Source: Marine Group I thaumarchaeote (GTDB lineage Archaea > Thermoproteota > Nitrososphaeria > Nitrososphaerales > Nitrosopumilaceae). From it: a stretch of 27,106 bases of DNA. This document shows positions 24,968 through 27,106 of the stretch, piece after piece. The notes beneath the pieces were generated by a model. It ran no database searches and was not told the DNA's origin. It saw nothing but the letters and a program-made list of their open reading frames with translations. The number at the start of each line of letters is the position of its first letter. Position 1 is the first letter of the stretch. The stretch is taken from NCBI GenBank assembly GCA_044358425.1, contig CP054849.1:745399-772504 (forward strand). Direction: 5' to 3'. The position numbers and the translations under genes were made by a program.

Positions 24968-26569
24968 TTAAAAGACCTCCTTTGGACGATATTCTCCAAA
25001 TACTTCTCTGAAAGTATTGCTAATTTCACCAGTTGTTGCAAATGCTTTTGCAGCAGTTACAATGTAAGGCATGAGATTATCTTCAGTTTCAGCAGCACTT
25101 TGCATTGCAGATAATGCTTTTTCTAATTTTTTAGAATCTCTTTCAGTACGTAATTTTTTTAATGCTTTCTTTTGTTGAATTTCAATCCTACCATCAATTC
25201 TAAGAAGTTCAGGTTGTTCTTCATCTTCAGAATATTTGTTGACACCAACAATTACTCTATCAGCATCATCAGTTTCTTTCTTTAGACGATATGCATTTGC
25301 TCTTATTTCAGACTGGAAGAAACCTTTCTCAATTGCTTTTACTGAACCACCCATTTTTTCAATCTTCTTCAAATATTTCCAAACATCCGCTTCAATTTGG
25401 TCACATAATTCTTCTAAGTAATATGAACCTGCAAGAGGGTCTGCAGTTTTAGTTATTCCACTCTCATGGGCAACAATTTGTTGTGTTCTTAATGCAATTT
25501 TTGCAGATTCCTGAGTAGGAAGAGCCAATGCTTCATCTCTCGAATTAGTGTGAAGTGATTGAGTTCCACCTGCAACTGCAGCCATAGTTTGAATGGCAAC
25601 TCTAACAATGTTGTTGTTTGGTTGTTGTGCAGTTAAAGATTCACCACTAGTTTGAGTATGGAATTTTAATTGTAATGAACGTGGATTTTTTGCATGGAAT
25701 TTTTCTTTCAATATTTTTGCATAAACTTTTCTTGCAACTCTAAATTTAGCAACCTCCTCAAAGAATTCAATTGTACAACAAAAGAAAAAGGATAAACGAG
25801 GTGCAAAGTCATCAATTTTTAATCCCTTATCCAAACAAGTTTGGATGTATGCAATTGCATTTGCCAATGTAAATGCAATTTCTTGTGTAGCAGTACAACC
25901 AGCTTCTCTCATATGATATCCAGAAATAGAAACAGGATACCAAGATGGAACTTTTTCAGCACAGAATTCAATCATATCACCAATTAATCTCATTGATGGT
26001 TGTGGAGGATAGATGTAGGTATTACGTGCGATGTATTCTTTTAGAATATCATTTTGAGTTGTTCCTCTAAGTTCATGACTTTTGAAACCTTGTGATTCAC
26101 CAACTGCAATGTAATATGCAAGCAATGTTGATGCAGTAGAATTAATTGTCATGGATGAACTAACTTTTCCAAGAGGAATTCCATCAAAAGCAGTCATCAT
26201 GTCTTTGATTGAAGTAATTGATACCCCTACTTTTCCAACTTCACCTTCTGCTTGAGGGGAATCAGAATCATAACCAATTTGAGTGGGCAAATCAAATGCC
26301 ATACTAAGTCCAGTTTGACCTTTTTCAAGCATGAATTTGAAACGTTCATTAGTTAACTGTGCATCACCGAATCCAGAATATTGTCTCATAGTCCAAAATC
26401 TTTCACGGAACATTTCAGGATGAATTCCTCTTGTGAAGGGATATTTTCCTGCATCCTCAGTTTGTCTCTTTTTAGAAGATTTTTGGTAAATTCGTTTTAC
26501 AGAATATTCTGAATCAGTAAAAATTTTCTTTTCAGGTGCTTTGGATTTAGTTACTTTCTTTGTTGCCAT
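24968..26569 (-). CDS. mcmA: Methylmalonyl-CoA mutase, large (substrate-binding) subunit
   Basis: PFTRGI, WTMRQYSGF, AFDLPTQ, GTTQNDILKEY, SISGYH, QSLHTN; no B12-binding domain (split archaeal type). Confidence 0.97.
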   Translation of the reverse strand: MATKKVTKSKAPEKKIFTDSEYSVKRIYQKSSKKRQTEDAGKYPFTRGIHPEMFRERFWTMRQYSGFGDAQLTNERFKFMLEKGQTGLSMAFDLPTQIGYDSDSPQAEGEVGKVGVSITSIKDMMTAFDGIPLGKVSSSMTINSTASTLLAYYIAVGESQGFKSHELRGTTQNDILKEYIARNTYIYPPQPSMRLIGDMIEFCAEKVPSWYPVSISGYHMREAGCTATQEIAFTLANAIAYIQTCLDKGLKIDDFAPRLSFFFCCTIEFFEEVAKFRVARKVYAKILKEKFHAKNPRSLQLKFHTQTSGESLTAQQPNNNIVRVAIQTMAAVAGGTQSLHTNSRDEALALPTQESAKIALRTQQIVAHESGITKTADPLAGSYYLEELCDQIEADVWKYLKKIEKMGGSVKAIEKGFFQSEIRANAYRLKKETDDADRVIVGVNKYSEDEEQPELLRIDGRIEIQQKKALKKLRTERDSKKLEKALSAMQSAAETEDNLMPYIVTAAKAFATTGEISNTFREVFGEYRPKEVF

Positions 26570-26573
26570 AATA

Positions 26574-27106
26574 TCACTTCACTATTGATTTACTAAGTTT
26601 ATCAGCTGCAGTAAATGGATCCATTTTTTTAGAATTTATTTTTTTAAGATAATTTGAGAAAGTCTTATCAGATTGCATCATTTCTTCAACCTTTTCATTA
26701 ATGTTATTTAAAACAATGTCTTTTAATTCGGCTTCAAAACGTTCAAGATCCTTTTCTTCTTTGAATTTCTTTTTTATAGTCATCATATCTTTGAGAGTTT
26801 TTGCAAAAACACTGATCCCTGCATTCTTTTTTACAGAAGTTTTTAAAATTGTAGGATTTCTATCTGAATCCCCAATAAAGTCTCGTACTGCATCAAATAG
26901 TTGATTGGTTCCAGGAAGATCACTTTTGTTTACTAGATAAATATCCCCAATTTCAGTTAATCCAGCTTTAATTGTTTGAATACTATCTCCAGTATTTGGA
27001 TTAAAAACAACTACAGTGATATCTGCAATGTTGGAAATTTCTACTTCAGTTTGTCCAGCTCCAACACTTTCAATTATTATTGGATTAAATCCAGCATATT
27101 CTAAAA
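26574..27106 (-). CDS. meaB: MeaB/ArgK GTPase chaperone of the mutase, 5'-truncated by the window edge
   Basis: Frame open to the window end: IIIESVGAGQTEVEI, GDSIQTIKAGLTEIGD, VNKSD; the track shows only the last 70 aa. Confidence 0.95.
   Translation of the reverse strand, partial: LEYAGFNPIIIESVGAGQTEVEISNIADITVVVFNPNTGDSIQTIKAGLTEIGDIYLVNKSDLPGTNQLFDAVRDFIGDSDRNPTILKTSVKKNAGISVFAKTLKDMMTIKKKFKEEKDLERFEAELKDIVLNNINEKVEEMMQSDKTFSNYLKKINSKKMDPFTAADKLSKSIVK

Noticed and set aside
2079-26904. Track ORFs nested in or antisense to real genes (2079, 2567, 4259, 4965, 8903, 9941, 10849, 11965, 12968, 14687, 15010, 15048, 15076, 19461, 20221, 20482, 21480, 24902, 25236, 26701)
   Set aside because: Each overlaps a better supported gene and has shadow-frame composition. 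The repeats in the 15010-15390 ORFs only mirror the 98-bp duplication.

Overview
AT-rich (about 30% GC by eye) chromosomal segment of an ammonia-oxidising archaeon (Nitrososphaerota/Thaumarchaeota, Nitrosopumilaceae-like). The assignment rests on archaeal EF-2, futalosine-pathway mqnD/mqnE, the methylmalonyl-CoA mutase/epimerase/MeaB block of the HP/HB cycle, a DUF6659-like roadblock protein and many short hypothetical genes. No integrase, transposase, CRISPR array, tRNA or rRNA was seen. The main signals not explained by the ORF track are: (i) two paralogous box C/D-like guide RNAs 12.7 kb apart (1057-1123, 13741-13812) with identical ends, a near-identical D guide and different D' guides; (ii) a GC-enriched four-hairpin non-coding element (15826-15960) upstream of a thiamine-binding-family gene; (iii) a Zn-ribbon/Zn-less pair of DUF5679/CC1-like small proteins; (iv) a 40-bp dyad over the start of a wHTH gene; (v) an sdhCD-like pair without sdhAB and with a probable CTG start; (vi) four microproteins below the track cutoff; (vii) HD-GNAT and CBS-TrkH fusions and an apparently inactive SNase-like protein. 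All family assignments come from motif recognition by eye; no searches were run.
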